A stretch of DNA of 64,000 bases from NCBI RefSeq assembly GCF_009834535.1, contig NC_045696.1:29700001-29764000 (forward strand), read 5' to 3'. The notes under the pieces are model-generated. The model was not told the origin of the DNA. It was given only the letters and a program-made list of their open reading frames with translations, and searched no databases. Position 1 is the first letter of the stretch. Each line of letters opens with the position of its first letter. The stretch is from Camelus ferus (lineage: Eukaryota). The position numbers and the translations under genes were made by a program. This document shows, piece after piece, positions 37,685-53,338 of this stretch.

Positions 37685-40600
37685 TATTTGCTTGTAAACA
37701 TGTATTGGTAGCATATGTTCATTGCCACATTTTCAGTTCATGTCACATTGACCATTCATTTTTACATTTGGCTGAATTTCTGCATACCTTATAGCCTAAG
37801 AAAGAGAATGAAAAATGTATGTAATAGATATATTTGATGGATATATTTAATGTGTCAAAATCTGCACAGCCAACAATAACCAAGAAAAGACCAATAAACT
37901 CTGCACAAACATTACCACTGAATGCATCAGGAAAGACTCTGTATTCCAAACAAAGAAGTCATTACAGAACTAGATACAGAAAGATGGAGGGTGAGGGGTG
38001 AAGGTGGAGGGAGACAGAGAGAGAAGCACACAATGTGCAGATATGTAAAAGCACCAATATAATTTTCTTCTATTTAAAGATGACAGGCATATCTCTAAAT
38101 TTAGGCAGCAGGACTTCAAGTTTTTTTATGTTTTTTTTTCTTACTTAGAACTTTCTTTTTTAAAATTTACATTGACTGATAACATAATTAGTTGAGTTGG
38201 AAAATGCCAAATGAAAATGAAAAATCTAACACATGCTGCATATGAATGTCTTCTCAGGAAATTCTTGTGGATTTTTTTTTTTTTTCCTGTCAAACAGTGT
38301 ATGTCAGGGAATTGTACCTAAGGAAAAAAGACTATCAAACCATGGCACCAAAAATAATCAAATTATGCTCAGTGGTGCTCAAGAACTGCAGAGGAAGGAA
38401 GAAAAGCTTTATGTTAAAAAAAAAAAAAACTAATCCCTTAGAGCACACATACACACACACAACACAAACTAATCACAAAGAAACCTCTCTATTGTCCTCC
38501 CACAAGTGTTCCTTACAAGGCAGTACATTATTTTACAAGTCACTATCAGTCAAAAGTCACGTTCAGTAAGCAATGGCTGTGACTGACAAAGGCTTACCCA
38601 AGTAGACTCTTGATTATTTGTGTATGTTTTTCCTGAAAAAAATAGCAAGATTTTTAAAATGTTTGTTCTTGCATGTTGCAGAAAGCTCCAGAGCAAGTCA
38701 GAGAAATCGAGGGAAGTAGAAAACAGCCTATTCTTCTTCCCAACCACATTAGGTTAAGCATTGAGCATAAGCTTTCAAAAGGGATTCTGTGTTAGGGGTG
38801 CAGGACATCAAGAAGAGAGTAATGGTGTCTACTGTCCATTATCTCTAACGTTCCATTATTGATTCCGGTGCATGATACTCTCAAGGTATGGTCTGCTGCC
38901 TCATGGTGGACGTGACTGGTGATTGCTTTGCTGGTCCTGGTTCTTGGACCTTAGATCTGCTGCTTGCCTGCAGTTTATTTGCCTTTTTCTAACTCTTTTC
39001 CAAAAGAGTAGGATCTCTGCTGGGATACCACTTCATGACTGGGATAGCAGAATTCAATTTTTGTATATAGTGTTAACCCCTAATTTTTCTTGCTGGAAAA
39101 ATGAGCTGTTCCTCACAGATGCATCTCCCAGAATGTTTTAATAAGAAATAAGAGGAGAGAGGATTTATTCTCATTGACTTCTTTACTTCTAAGGAGACTT
39201 TGCTGAAAGTGGAGCCTTTAGTTTTATTTGTTGCCTCAATTGCTTTATTGTAGCCAGTGAAATGAAGTTTAGTGATACTAGGAAATAAAACAGTTTTTGT
39301 AATCAGTAGTTGCCAACCAATACAAGGTTGTTAGTTTGTCTTTCTTTTTTTTTAAATCAAAACGCTTTTCATCCATAATAGCTTGGTGTATATATATTCC
39401 CCTTTTCTTATCTCCATCAATGGAATAATAACAAACAAGAAGTTTTTAAAAATCCTTTAGTCTAATGGAAATTTTAAATTTCAAGTCTGTTAGCATCAAC
39501 AAAGATATTAAATATCATCATTAAATTTTGTAGTTCGATACTTTTATGCTAACAAAAACTTAGTAGGAATGTTAAACAAAAAATGATTTAATGTGTAGCT
39601 AGTTTTTATTAGAAATAAGCAAGGTTAAAGATACTATCAGCTTTTCTGAAAAATTTATTTAATGGCAACTATTAGTCAAGATTCTTAGCTAATTCAGAAA
39701 AAAAATTTTTGTGACATCACTTTCAACTTGCTAGGCTAACATAGTAAGGCTAGGTTTACCTTCAGTTAGCTTTTGGATCTTTCACTTGGCAGTTTTGGAA
39801 ACCAAACAAGTTTTTAAGTATAGCACCACCTCCACATTAGTCTCCTGGATTTGTATGAGTTAATTTGTCACTGGACCTGTTTCTCAAGCTGTAACTTTTC
39901 CATTTTTGAAGAGTAATGTTCTTGGCCAGCTCTGCATGATGTAGACTAATGATAGGACTTTCTATCCTCTAATTGCTGTATATGTAACACAGCTCTTAAT
40001 CAGCAAAGTCTGCTTTTGACAATTGAAAACACAAACATAACAGATAGGATAATGATACACACAAATCAATTAAATTGATTTGAGCATGCAGTGTTGATGC
40101 ATCATTTAGTTTTGCAGATGGGCATCTTTAATCAGACAGTACAGGAGCTACTTTTGATCCCAGAAAACTTTTTCTTAGATCACTAAACCTTAAATACTCT
40201 TTAGCATTACATTCATTTTAATCGTGGTGTTGCTTAGATTTAAAGACTACAAACATTCAGTTGTAATTTTCTCAGTAATTTTAAAGTGCTTTGTGGTTTT
40301 TGCTTTTGAATGGAAGAAGGAAATATATCAGAGCTGTCACAAATCTTTCATACCCTGATACCCTGCTCCCCTTCCAGTCCACAGATCTTTTGTTAAATTC
40401 CACTATGCCTCTGTTGGAAATGTGAATAGTCATCGAAACTGTTTCTATGCCAGGATTTGAAAGCTGATACACTGAAAACTGTACCCAGTGTATGTTAAGT
40501 GAACACCAAACTCCCTGTCAATAAGAGGACTAATATGAGACTATGACACAGTTAAATTTAGAAATAGGATTAAAAATAGTCTCTGGGTTTTCATTTCAAG

Positions 40601-42279
40601 GCCATTCACAGACATAGTTCTCATAGTCCTGTGGGATTCCAGCCCAGGTAGATTCCATTTCACGTGTGGGATAGTCTTTATCTTTCTAGCCTATTACGAC
40701 TTTTACAAGAAAGGAAACTAGTATTTATTAAGTATCTACTGTACTCCTGAGATTATGCATGATGCTTTTCTTTATATCTGATGATGATGATGATGATAAT
40801 AATAATAATAATAGTTGGTGTTTTTCTAACCTAAGTGTGCTTTGTAATTTCCATTCCTACTTACACTTTTTCCCATCAAAATCTTGTGAATTTTGCAAAA
40901 TGAAGAAATTGGTGTTTACAGAGGTTCAGTAACTTTTTGAAAGTGGTTGCCACTTTTACTAAATGCAAAGGAAGATATAGAACTCAGTTTCCTTGTCCCC
41001 AAAGCTTGAATTCTCAAAAGAATATCAATGCAAAAGTTTGGGGATCAGACTGTCTTAATGTTTTTCATTCATGAGTTGCTGATAATAATGATAATACCTA
41101 TCAGAGAATTGCTGTGAGAATACAATTAGAATACTATTATTATGAAGTTTTTTATAATAATAGTGCCTGGCAAATGGTAAATATTTAAGAAACATCAGCT
41201 GTTAGTAATTTAATATAAAAATAATTATTAGATTGTTATATTCTAAAAGATAGCAATCTTTTCTTTATATATCTTATTTTATTACTGCAATACAAAACAA
41301 TATTTATTGTATTTATTATACAATACAATACAAAACACTAAAAAATCTATTTATTAACATACTCCTTTCATTCTATGTTCTCAATATTTTAAAATGGCAG
41401 TTTGAAATATTTATGCAAAGTATTATTTATTTTAATATTTCTCGTATCTATGACCTATTTCATAAAATCAGCATGTCAAAGGCAAGGATATTTCAAAACC
41501 AACATTCAATAAAAGCTTTAGTATTTGATCTTCAACCACTGTTTCATTTTCAAAATGTTCATCATCTGAGAGAAAATGAGTTGAATATAAGGCACTGTGT
41601 GAAACTATGTTGTTGGTTGCTCCCACCATACAGATAATGTTCAAAGTTTCAGACAATGCTGTATTTTTTGAAATATCTCTCAAATCCTTTTCTTTCGTAT
41701 CCTTAATGGACTGGGAAAATTTTCCCTGTATTTGAGACATCAGTCTGCTTCTCAATTTATTAGTGATACATTATCTAGTGACAGCCAGTCAATACACATT
41801 TTGGCAGGACACCTGTCCTTAAAATGTCTGAGTTTTCAGCAGCGCCTTGATGAAACAACTTTTAAGGCTGAGATCATTCTCATTTTAAGGCAGTGATAAC
41901 AGTATGTACTTGTTATTCCCTCCTCCAGACCTTTGCTTCCCAGCGAGGCAGATTGCTTGCCAAGAGCTGACCACTCTTGCTGAAGTGTTTTTGTAACTGA
42001 CATCACTCAACCTCTCAGAATAGCAATTTTACCCAAGCTTACAATTAGTAGAAGGCTTTGGAAGTGCACTAAAACCATAGCAAGGAATCCCAGCAGGAGT
42101 TGACTCTTAAAAAGGCTTCTTTTACCTCTCCAGGCCAAAAAAAGTAGCCTTTTAATATTACTTTTTAGTCAAAACCATGTTTCAAACAGGTCAACACAAA
42201 TGAGTTATTCAATCAGTAAGAGTTGCCTTTAAAACAACTCTTAAAGGTTGGTGCTGTAAGTACACTGTGGAAATCATTA

Positions 42280-42705
42280 GTGCTGTTCACCAACTATTTT
42301 TGATCTCTGCTACCTGGTGGGGTTTCCTTTCCTGGTTTCCTTTTCACTTGGCTTCCTCAGGTGAATAATCCATGTAACCAGTTCTGGCCAAAGGAGTCAT
42401 GAACAGAAGTAACATGGGTCACTTCTGATCCAAAGCGTTTAATTGACAGAGTGAGACTTTCATGAGCTATCTTTCCTGCTGCCACGGTGATTGGCAGCAT
42501 TCCAGATAGTGGCTGGTCCATCAGCCTGGTCTCTGAAGGACAATGAAAAACAAAGCCTCAGATGATCTGCATATCATCTGATGTATAGAGTGAACAAAAC
42601 ATGATGTACAGAGTGAGCAAAACAATAAACATTTGTTGTGTTAGCCACTGAGACATTTAGGGTTGTTTGTTACTACGGCATAACCAAGCCTATCCAGATG
42701 GATAC
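42280..42705 (+). mobile_element. Ancient MaLR LTR (MLT1-type)
   Basis: catgtaaccagttctggcca...aataaacatttgttgtgttagccactgaga...ttgtttgttactacggcataacc. Confidence 0.75.
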
Positions 42706-45133
42706 ACACAGTAAGAATTACAAATAAAAATTTGTGGCCAAGGAGCAAACTGGAAAAGGCAAGCTGGCATTTTTACCAAGTAACTTTTATAGCCTTTTAG
42801 TGATATACTTATGCTTATTGCAACAGGTGGCAAATTTGTTTAATAGGAAATTAGATACTAAAACTGGAGCTATGATTTCTCAAGTCAATACCTAATGCCA
42901 TGAAGCAACCCCCACAATGAATTTTTGCAATATCTTAAGCTTTACTTTAAATACACATGTGATTATAAAAAATATATATATATCTTTGCTTAGAGTGAAG
43001 AACTAGAGTAATTGTTTTAAGAATCAATTTTTACTTATGTTCATTCAAAATACTCCTACTTTAGACCATTCATTGTTCATGATAGAGACAAATTGCTCAT
43101 CTGTGAGGTATTTTATTGCACAGGGGCACCAAGCTATGGTTGCTCTCCTTGCTTTGATCAGACGTACTTCTCTCAAACTTCTTCATTTCCAGTAATAAGC
43201 CAACTATGTACTATCATTCATCACATAGTTAAATCTTGCGTGAATTATTTTATATTTTTACTATGTACTACCTCCTAAGGGTGAAAAATCACCTATGTTT
43301 GGAACTCACTATGAAAGCATTGCATAAAAAATGTTTCTTAATTTCATTTTCTAAATGTCTTCCTCATTAAAGTTAGTGGAAATGTCACAGTTCAGCCTAT
43401 TAAACCTCTCCAATTTTAATGTATTTCAATATTATTTTCTCTCTCTCTTTTTTATAGCTTTCCCATGAGTAAAAGCACCAACAGTTTCAGTCCATTCTAT
43501 TATGGTATCACTCTTAATCTCCCATTATTTTCATTACCCATCTTAGGTACTTCAGCAATGTGCTGCCACACACTCAAAAAGTAAACAATGACCAAGTTTC
43601 AGGAACCACAACTTATAATGATGCATGATTACGTTATGTTCAGAATAAGGACCTAAGACTGTTAATTCTAAAAGAATTCATGTTCCCTTAATCTTACAGT
43701 TTTATAAAGCCTATTGATAAGCAGTATATTCATAATAAACTAATACTTTCCCTCAGAAGATATTTTGAAAGTATTTAATTGTTCTTTTTCATCCATGCAA
43801 TAATATGCTATTTTTGTCTGCAAAATCTAGTTTCTTATATTAATAGATTTCAAAAATTACTATAGCTCATAGTAAAGTATACACTATGAACAAACCATCT
43901 TTCGGTTGTTAAGAAATAAAATGGCTCCATCTTGTATGATTCAAAATAAGATGTGAAAAATTAATTTATTGAACAACCAAAATTTGAAGTAAGGTACCAA
44001 AAGTTAGCTCTTTCATGGAAGGGTAGATAGTGATTTGTTTCAGAATATGTGTCTAACTTTGATTAAAATTCTTCTGTTGTGCTGCACAGATGAAAGAACA
44101 AGCTATTTTTGTTTAAAATGATAGCGCTAGATTCTGAAACTGAGCCCAGAAGATTGGATGCCGATTTCAAAGCCTAGTACACATCTGCACTCTACTGCAG
44201 GTTCTTAAAACTCCACACCACAAAGTCAGATGAAAATACCAATGACCATTTGCTGTTCATTCTTGTGTGACAAAACAGATTGGAAATAGCTAATATTTCT
44301 ACAGTTTGTCCCTATGCAAATTTAAACGCATATGTTAATTTCAACACAAAAGCTATGTTAAAACATTGACTCATTTCTACTTTTTCCTGCTAATTAAAAC
44401 ACACACACAACACACACAAACATCTACCCACCTCTGTTATGTTTAAGGATACTTAAATAACCTATACAAGAAGTGATACCTAATGTCTATTTAGTTATCA
44501 ACTATCTACAATTTTGGGAAGTTGAAGCCACATAGTCCAAAATTACATACAACAAAAACTTTGTCATATGTTTTGAGTAGGACATGTCATTTGTTTACAT
44601 AGTATATGACAAATATAACAAAAAAAAAAGCAACTCAGAAAGTTCCAAGGTAATCAGCCATGTATTACAGCATGCTTATGATGAATAATCTACAAAACAG
44701 AGAATTTATGTACAAGTAGTCATAAGGGCTAACTTTAATCCACATATTTTGAAACAGTTTTGAGGCATGTTATAGTAAAAGCATAGGCACAGAAAATATA
44801 AAACCATTAGTCCAAAATTAAAATATAAAAATCAAAATCAAAATGTAAAAGATGATAACATGGGAAATTAAACAGAAGAAAACCTAAATCTATTAACTAA
44901 CCTCCATTCCACTTAATTCCTTACCCAAATAAAAAGCCTTGGATATCAATGTTAACAAATTAATATTTGTATGCTTTCAATTTAAATAATATGTTTATGT
45001 GTATGTATGTAATTTTTAATAATTTCCGTATTTTTCAGAAATTTTTGATAAACAACCAATTAGATCCAAATTGTATATTAAGAAATGATAATAGAGAAAA
45101 ATAGTAGCAGTTGGACATAAACCTTAGTTCCAA

Positions 45134-45312
45134 GCAGAAGTGGATTTGCCATGTAGCTAATAAAGCTTAAGCTTCAAGCCCTTGAACTTACATGTGTCCT
45201 TTCCATAGCCTTGCACTTAATTTTGTGTTTGTAATTTCGAATTCTCTTTTCTTACACAGGGCTTCCCAAATTACATAGACCTGAGGTCCCATATAACTTA
45301 GATGGGTTCCTG
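45134..45312 (+). mobile_element. hAT-Tip100 MITE (MER91B-like)
   Basis: cagaagtggatttgccatgtagctaataaagcttaagcttca...cctg. Confidence 0.55.
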
Positions 45313-48300
45313 GCATCAAGTTTCTTGTCAGTCAAGGAAAAATGTATTTGATTATACAATGCTCAGTTTTTAATAATAGGACATTTGCCAGTTCATCAAG
45401 GATAATAAACCTTTTTTCCAGTTGATAAGCTCATAGAGAAATTTACTATTAAATATGTCATGTAAGGACATTGAAAAATATAATATAGTCCCTTGGCAAT
45501 GATATTACAATATGGCAATACATCACAGAAAAATGCAACATTATTTTCCCTACAGTGTTTCTTTATATAAGGAGCAAAGGCATGCTGGGTATTTCACATA
45601 CTATTTTTTGTTTTTTGTTTTTTGTTTTTTTACCTTCAAGATGGCACAAAGGGCCCTGGAATCAAGTTTGCTGGCAAAGTTCATTATGAGGTGGAGAGTG
45701 GACAAGAATAATAGCAACTTCAAGGGAGAGGAGAGAGAATAAAATAGAAAGAAGATGAGCTAAAAGAACAAGCACATCGTGTACAGAAAAGATATAATCC
45801 AGCCACAGTAAAGTAGAAAGATGAACCATCTCGTAGAACTGCAAGATTCTACAGTTTTGTAGAATTTTCCATTGCCATCATGCATAAAATTAGAGCAATA
45901 AAATCAAAGCATTATTAGTAACGAAGAAACTAGATTTTCAACGCAAGTAACCAACAAGATGATATAAAGGTAAATTGGTCATGAGACTGTTTAGCATTAG
46001 TAATGAATTGTCTCTTTTAAAAATTGTTTTACTATAATTAAATTACAAAAGCCACTGTTTCAATGCAGCATGTTCCTATATACCATATTAAAGAAAGCAA
46101 TAACCATTTCAAACATGGTTGGATATTTCCCAACAATAAACATTCAAATCAGGATTTGTTCATTGCTATTTTACTGGCACTTTAAGGATGCCTAACATAT
46201 ACCAGATTCTCAAGAAATATTTTTTAGTAAATTAAAAATTCACACAAAACACTTAAGATACTCTAGAAATTTAAAAATATTATAATTTCAAGAAGGCCAT
46301 AATATGGATGTAAATAGACTTACTTTACACAGTAATTATAAAAACAGATTCATTGTGTAATAAACTATATATATATAGTAAAATTCACAACTCTATATTA
46401 TAAATGTAATATAGTGCAAACTATTAGCTAATCATTGTAAACATAAATTGCACTCTGCAATAATTTGCTGAGGGAAATGCTGGGAATGAAAGGTGATTTT
46501 GATTATTTATATCGCTTTAAAAAACTATCCAGGGAAGTTTATAATCTGCCTTTATTTTATAGTAAATAAAAATACTTAGAATTATTCACTAGACTCTAGG
46601 AAGGCACTAAAATTTGGGACAATTTTTATAGATTTAACAATTGAGGTATCTGATATTTAAGATCTTCATCAAAGGCTTTAGTTGGGAGACTCTGGAGAAA
46701 TCTTTCCTAATGATGTTAACTTTATTTTTCTTTGTACCTCTATACTCCCAAAGAATAGCCTTGAAGGATAACAGAACTCGAAAAAGAATTAAAATTACTT
46801 CCTCAGAAGTGTGTATAGAAAGAAGAAATATAATGGCACAGTCATACTCTTCTGTCGTGGCAATAATTGGTGTTACATGTTTATTATATGGTGTTGTTTA
46901 TTTAACTGTTCCCTGACAGAGTCGATGTCTTATCGTCTATTCTCTACTTGAGTCCTTTTCTAGTGCCAGCAGCTTGGGACTCTGCCTTACACATTATGGA
47001 ATAAATTAAAGGTAGAGTTATTTAGATTGTTTTGAATGAATCAGTGCAGAATTTCAGAGACTTTTAGCTAGAATAATTATTTCCTATTTAAGTTTTTGGA
47101 CAATAACATTTACTATTCCATTCACTTTTTTTCCGTTAGGCTAGAACAATCTGTAGATGATACACCAAGAAAGAGAAAAAAAAAAAAGGCATTATTTCTC
47201 ATTGACATATCCCTTTTACTGACTAAAACAATTAATATATCAATATGTGTGTTTAGGTGCCAAAAATACATTGATAAATTATCACCCAAGCCAGCCACTT
47301 GAACCTTTGAATATAGTTGCATCCTTACTGAATTTACAGTTTGCTAAAATGACTCCTATGTGCACATCAGTTAATTTACTACAGTTTTATAATTTAAAGG
47401 TATGGAATGTGATATGATCTTTAAGTTATGTAAGTAGAATGTACCTATTCTTCTGATAACGAAAACTTTGGAACATATTTTATGATGGGAATTCTAATCC
47501 CCGTTATTTTAAGAAATAGTACAGATGTTTGGAAACAAGAATATACCATAACAAGAAGATTTGCAATATTTGATATAAAATATTTCTGGTTTAAAACAGA
47601 GATAGAGGTAGAAATGCATATTTCTGTCCATTATTTGGGACAGGATTGTTGAATCTTAAAGGGCAGGATTGGGCTCTTAAAGAGAATTATCAGCTAAAGT
47701 AAAAGTAAAGTGCCACTTAAGCGCAAGGAAAAGGGCATAAAAACACAAGAGCCAGTACAGATAGGGCAGGTAACACACACTTAGAAATAATCTAGGAGCT
47801 AAAAGTAGGCACTTTCCTGAAGCAAATACAGAATTAATCAAAAGACTGACATCTAATTACAGGAAAGTCCCAGGCTAACAAATATAGAGGACTAAGAAAA
47901 ATAAGAAAATTAACATTTAAACTGAAAGGGTTAAACCTGGCCATGATTATTTTAGAAATTGAAATGGAAATGTTCCTTCCTGGCTGTAATGAATCAGCTT
48001 TAAAGTCTGAAGCTGTTCAGGACCAAGGACAAAAGCAATTCAATATAGCCACATAGATTTTCTCATCCCACTTGTCTGAGAATCATATATAATCATATAG
48101 CTGGAAGTGACTTTAGAAATCATCCATCCCAAATCATTTACTTACTTTACTTACTTTACAGATAAGAAAACTGAGGCACAGAGTTATTACTAACTTATCC
48201 AGTCACCCTATTAGTAAGGAGTAAAATTCAGCTTAGAGTCTAATTTTACTTATACCTGGTACAGTGTTCTCTAGAACATTCAAATATATAAAATCACATG

Positions 48301-48379
48301 CACAGAAGATTTTGAGTGACTATTTTTATATTAAGAAGGTAATTTGTATTTGACGTTTGTGTACGTATTTCTAGGGAGG

Positions 48380-48380
48380 G

Positions 48381-48409
<29 letters not shown>
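48380..48409. repeat. (GT)n microsatellite
   Basis: Seen directly. Confidence 0.95.
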
Positions 48410-48411
<2 letters not shown>

Positions 48412-50188
48412 GAGGTTAATAGTCTAAATTAACAGCGAGATGTTTTTCTAAATAGCCCAGATTGTTTCAGACTAAATGTACCCTTCCTGTTTTGGTGTAT
48501 TTATTTGGAAATTACCAGAAGGAAGCTGTCCTAATTCTAAATTATCTCCTCAGATCTTTTTTCCTTTGTTTAGTAATATTTTAAATAATCATTTGACATT
48601 TTAATCTCTTTATTCTGCAATTTTCCTGTCTAATATCTGAGAACTCTTCTATATGTCATTTTTGTGTTGTTCTGTGTTTCTGTATTGTTGTTATTTCAAC
48701 AAATTTCAAAATGTAAATAGTTTTGCTATTGTTTTGTTTTTTCATCTTTCTATTTGAAGGTTTAGTCAAGAAGAATTCGAATTTATAAAAAATTAAACTG
48801 TTGTTGAGATTTTATGAGAAAGTATTAAGGGAAAAGTTGTATTATTTTTGGAGAACATTTTTTGTACTTTTAGGCAGAGATATTAAGGTAAAGGCTAAGT
48901 TTAAGTGACAGTATAATATCTAGAGGCTTATTTTATGACCTATATAGTCATTCTAAATAATAAGCTAAATTAGAAATTGAAAAATGAACCCTAATTTGGA
49001 AACAATGTGTTTTTTTTTTTTTTTAAAAAAAACTCTCTTCTGTCTAGGGAACATTACAATCTCTAGATATAGTGGAAAGATTATGAACTTTGAAGTCTGA
49101 ATGCGAATAATGGCTTGACTCACTCTACATAATATTGGGAAAATTTCTTAGAATTATCTCAGTCCCAGATTCTCTCTTTGAAAAATAAGAATATGCTTTT
49201 GGCATTGAGCATTAAATCACTCATGTAGACATATCTGTCCTCCCTGATGTGAACTTCTCAACAGCTGAAATGTAAATTTCTGTCCTCATCTCCATTCCTC
49301 CTCCTAGAGGCAGCTATCAACACTCAATCCAATCCTTTAAGGTCTTTGGCTTTGATCTCATATGCCATGGATTCTAGTGCAAGATTCCAGAGATTTGATA
49401 AAGATATGGAAAGGAGAGTTCCCTTTCACCAATCTGCCTAGCTTGAGTTGTGATAAACTCCAAGCGCCAGGTGACTAACTTATTTAGACATAGGATTCTT
49501 CAGAAAGGAATCTGGTAGAATCTGAGGGATTTTAGATCTAATCTTGGACTAAAAAGTTAATTCTTGACTTTGATCATTGCCTTTACATTTAAGAGAAGCA
49601 TGCAGTCCTACTGCAACACTCAAACACGTACATTAAATCCAAAGAAAATTGTGAAAACATCTACAATTTGAGTTTGGAAAAAAAAAAGCAAAAGGAAGAT
49701 ATTTAAAAATTGTAACACAAAAAAGAAGAAAAGCTATATTTAATTTTTGCTTCTGTGTATCTTGCTCTCATATCAGTTATTATCTTGAGATTATTTATGA
49801 TAAAAATTTGTATGATTTCTTTTGCTTGCAAATTACATACCTATATAATCTCATTAACATTTCCCTGTAGGTCTCAGTTCTCTTCTTGAAATTCACAGCT
49901 GTAACTAACTGTTGAAAAGGGTTTTTTCCTTATATTCAGCCAAAATCTGCATCCTGGAACCTCTGCCCATTGGTACTCATGAAAGTCCCTGGGGTTCTGG
50001 GAGTAAGACTAGGGTCACATTATATCATCTCTGACAATATATGCAACCTACCTGATAGTTTTGAGCACTAGTTTCCTTATGTGTAAATGGAGGTAGCAGC
50101 ATATTTATTGTGCCTGAGTATGGAATATAATAAGAGCTTTCTACTTGTCAATTTATTCTCTCTACTCCTTCCCCCCCCACCTCAAGAA

Positions 50189-50256
50189 GTATTATACTAT
50201 TATTATTAATATATATACTATTATTATACTATTATACTATATATTATTACACTATT
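50189..50256. repeat. AT-rich degenerate minisatellite (TATTATACTA-like units)
   Basis: Repeated attatactat units seen directly. Confidence 0.8.
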
Positions 50257-53247
50257 GAAGAGACAAGATGGAAAATAGTTGAAACAATTAGCAAACAGTA
50301 TGTCAGTATGTAATTAAGCATTCAATTGCTACTGTACCTAAATATACACATCAATTTGTGGTACACATTATAGATGCATATTGTGAATTTAATTTAGAAC
50401 TCTATATGTTTCAAAGACATTGTAATAATTTTCCCCTACAATACTTGCATGTCCTTCTGTTCTCTTTCTCAGTTTATGGTCATTTTTGTTAACTACTCTC
50501 ACTTTCTTATTCCCATATCCAATCAATTACCAAATCCTGTTGATCCTATTCTAGTGTTGTTGCACATTTGACCCCGTATTTTTTTCCCCACATCCTACTC
50601 TAGTCCTGGCCCTTGTTAACTCTTGCCTGGACTATCACATTTGACTCCCCACTGATCTACTTGGCACAAGTTATTTCCTTCTTCAATAGCTTCAATAGAC
50701 TCCAGCTGGTTTAGTCTTTCCAAGCAGAGCTCTGATCAAGAAGTTGCCTTGCTCAAATACTCTCAATTTCATGTTTCTTGGAAAATGAAATCCAAGCACC
50801 TTTTCTTGGAAATTAAGAATGTCTGTGACCAAGCTTCACCCTAACTTACTCCTGTCTTACTCCTCACTACCCTGCTTAACAAATCCTAAATCCTTGCCAA
50901 ATTTGCTACTTCCTGCTTTCTGTTTGCACTTTCCAACTCTTGTCTTTAAGCGATGTTTAACTTTGGTCTCTAATTGTCCTTCCTTCTTTCTAGAGTTTTT
51001 TTTTTTTTTTACCATCTTCAAACTACACCAGATCCTACCTATATCTGTCTCTCGTTTGGACTCCTACAGCTCACTGTGGCCATTTTAAAACACTCATAAT
51101 ATTTTGCCCTATTTACATGAACATGTTTAATCTCTCCACCTGTGTTATAAGCTGCCTGAAGGCTGTCTTTACATCCAGCTCCTTAGCTAGCAGAGATTTT
51201 AACTTGTAAATACAGAATATTTCTTTTGAAGACTAAAGGGTTCACTGAGGGTTGGAAGAACAAGAGTTTGTTTCATAAAGGAGGACAGTTTTTGAGTTTG
51301 GGCAGAAGAGAATTTAAGGAAAGACTTTTCATGACAAAAGATTGTATAATAGAAGGCAGTCACCCTGAGTAAAGATGTGTATTGAGGGTACGGCTGGAAA
51401 TAATGTTCGAGTGATTATAAAGACGTCTCATTGTAGAAATAACAAAAAAAAGAGGAATTTTAAAAGGTGTAGGATGGGAAAGTAGAAAGAATATTACATC
51501 AGGAGTCAGGAGGCTAGTCACAGTTTTATTTCTGATAGTTATGAGATTTTTACAGGCCTCAGTTGCCATTGTGTGGAATTAACAGATAAGATTCAATGGT
51601 TTCTAGTCTCTTCTAGCTTTAAAATTCTGTGCCTATAAAGAAATTATGGGCCACTCTATGTTTTTGAGCAATTAGTGGCATATAAAAGCTGTACTTAAGG
51701 AAGATAGGAAAAAGATCAAAGAGGATTGAAAAACCTTGTGAATATAAAATTTTAGCCACTTTATTATTTTATATAAGTAAAAATAGTTAATAATTTATGT
51801 AGAGGTCTGTAGTCATATAAAGTGTTACAGGTTTTTGTGTGTATATCTTCATTTTTGTCAGTTTATCATTTACTATTTAAATGTTGAAAATTCTTGATAT
51901 AGAACCATAGTAGTCTGGAGTGGTAACAACTGTTATGCAGGCCCACAAACCATCCCAGACAAATGAGGTTCTGTCTTTGATTTTAAATATCTCAAGGCAA
52001 ATGGCAGAGTCTTTTCCTAGCTCAAATAGATCCAACTACCTCTAATGACCCTGTTCCAGGTTACTGAGTATCTGTGATCTAGGAGCTTTTGTTGAAACCA
52101 AAAGTAAAATTTTACAACCTTTTGTGAAAACTCCTGGACAAACTGAATACAAATTCCTGAGACCTTTTCCCATAAAAAGTTTTTTTTTTTTCCATTTGAA
52201 TGTTTATTGAGTACTACTGTGTGAAAGAGAATATAGTAGGTCCAACAAGGAAGATAAAGAGGAACAAGACAGCTTTGATCTCAGGGAGATTACACTTTGC
52301 TAAGATGCAACAAACATGTAAAATGGATTGAGCTTATGAAGGGCTGACACATGGCAGGTATTCAATAAATGACTGTTGACAAACCAAATAACATAAAGGT
52401 TAGAATATGATATGTATCACCAGAGAGATACAAAAAGCAATGGGAGCTCAATATTTTAGGATTACTAGAAAAAGTTTGTGAGGAAAGTTGTATGTGGGGC
52501 TTGAAGTTAAGTTCTTAATAGGAGTAAATGTTAGAAGGTCAGCAGGGTTTTAGATAATGGGGGAGAAAAATGCCAGAAAAAATTTAAAAGATTGGATAGC
52601 CTAGAGTTAAAATTGAAAACAAGGAATGGCCTCATTTGGCTGTATTATATTATAAGGTAATAGTGGAGAATGAAGTTAGAATGGTAAATGTCTAAAAAAT
52701 TCTTCATCCTGTGGGTAACTTAGGAGTCATCAAATATTGGTAAGTAGGGAAGTACTATGTAAGATCTTTTCTTTCTCTTTTAGCCACTATACTTTAATAA
52801 GACTGTGGTGATTTTTAAATAGCACCTTCAATGCTTAGAAATGCATGCACAGAAACTACAAACCAGAGACAAAAACAAAAAAATCATATCTCAGCCTTCT
52901 TATTTCTTACCACTCTGGGCAGCAAGTGGATTGTTTATTGAAATTCTCATTTAGCCCTCGAAGGGAGTATTCAGAGAAACAGCTGCGTGTGGTGATGGCT
53001 ATGGACTTCACATTTCAGTGTATCTGAGTTTCTATTAACATTAAATTTACTATCTTAAAAAATAAAGCAGGCCTACGTAACAATTTTGTAATAGAAAATC
53101 ATATAAATCGTATTAAAAAGTATTTTTTCTTAATGCATAACAAAAATGCTAAATTTCTATTATTGGCTACTTCTTGCCATAAAATTATGTCAGAAAAAAT
53201 GTTATTTTGTCATTTCCAATCATCTAGAGGGAAAGGTGCAAGGTACT

Positions 53248-53338
53248 GGGGAGTGGGGTATACCTCAGTGGTAGAGCATATGCTTAGCATGTATGAGGTC
53301 CTGGGTTCAATCCCCAGTACCTCCATTTAAGAAAAAAA
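53248..53338 (+). mobile_element. tRNA-Ala-derived SINE (camelid Vic-1-like)
   Basis: A-box-like TACCTCAGTGG, B box GGTTCAATCCC, tRNA-Ala-like body TGCTTAGCATG and an A-rich tail. Imperfect 15-bp TSD AGAGGGAAAGGTGCA (53226-53240) / AGATGGAAAGGTACA (53339-53353). Confidence 0.85.

Noticed and set aside
53248..53326. Functional tRNA-Ala gene
   Set aside because: Extended G-rich 5' end, disrupted stems, A-rich tail and TSD identify it as a SINE.
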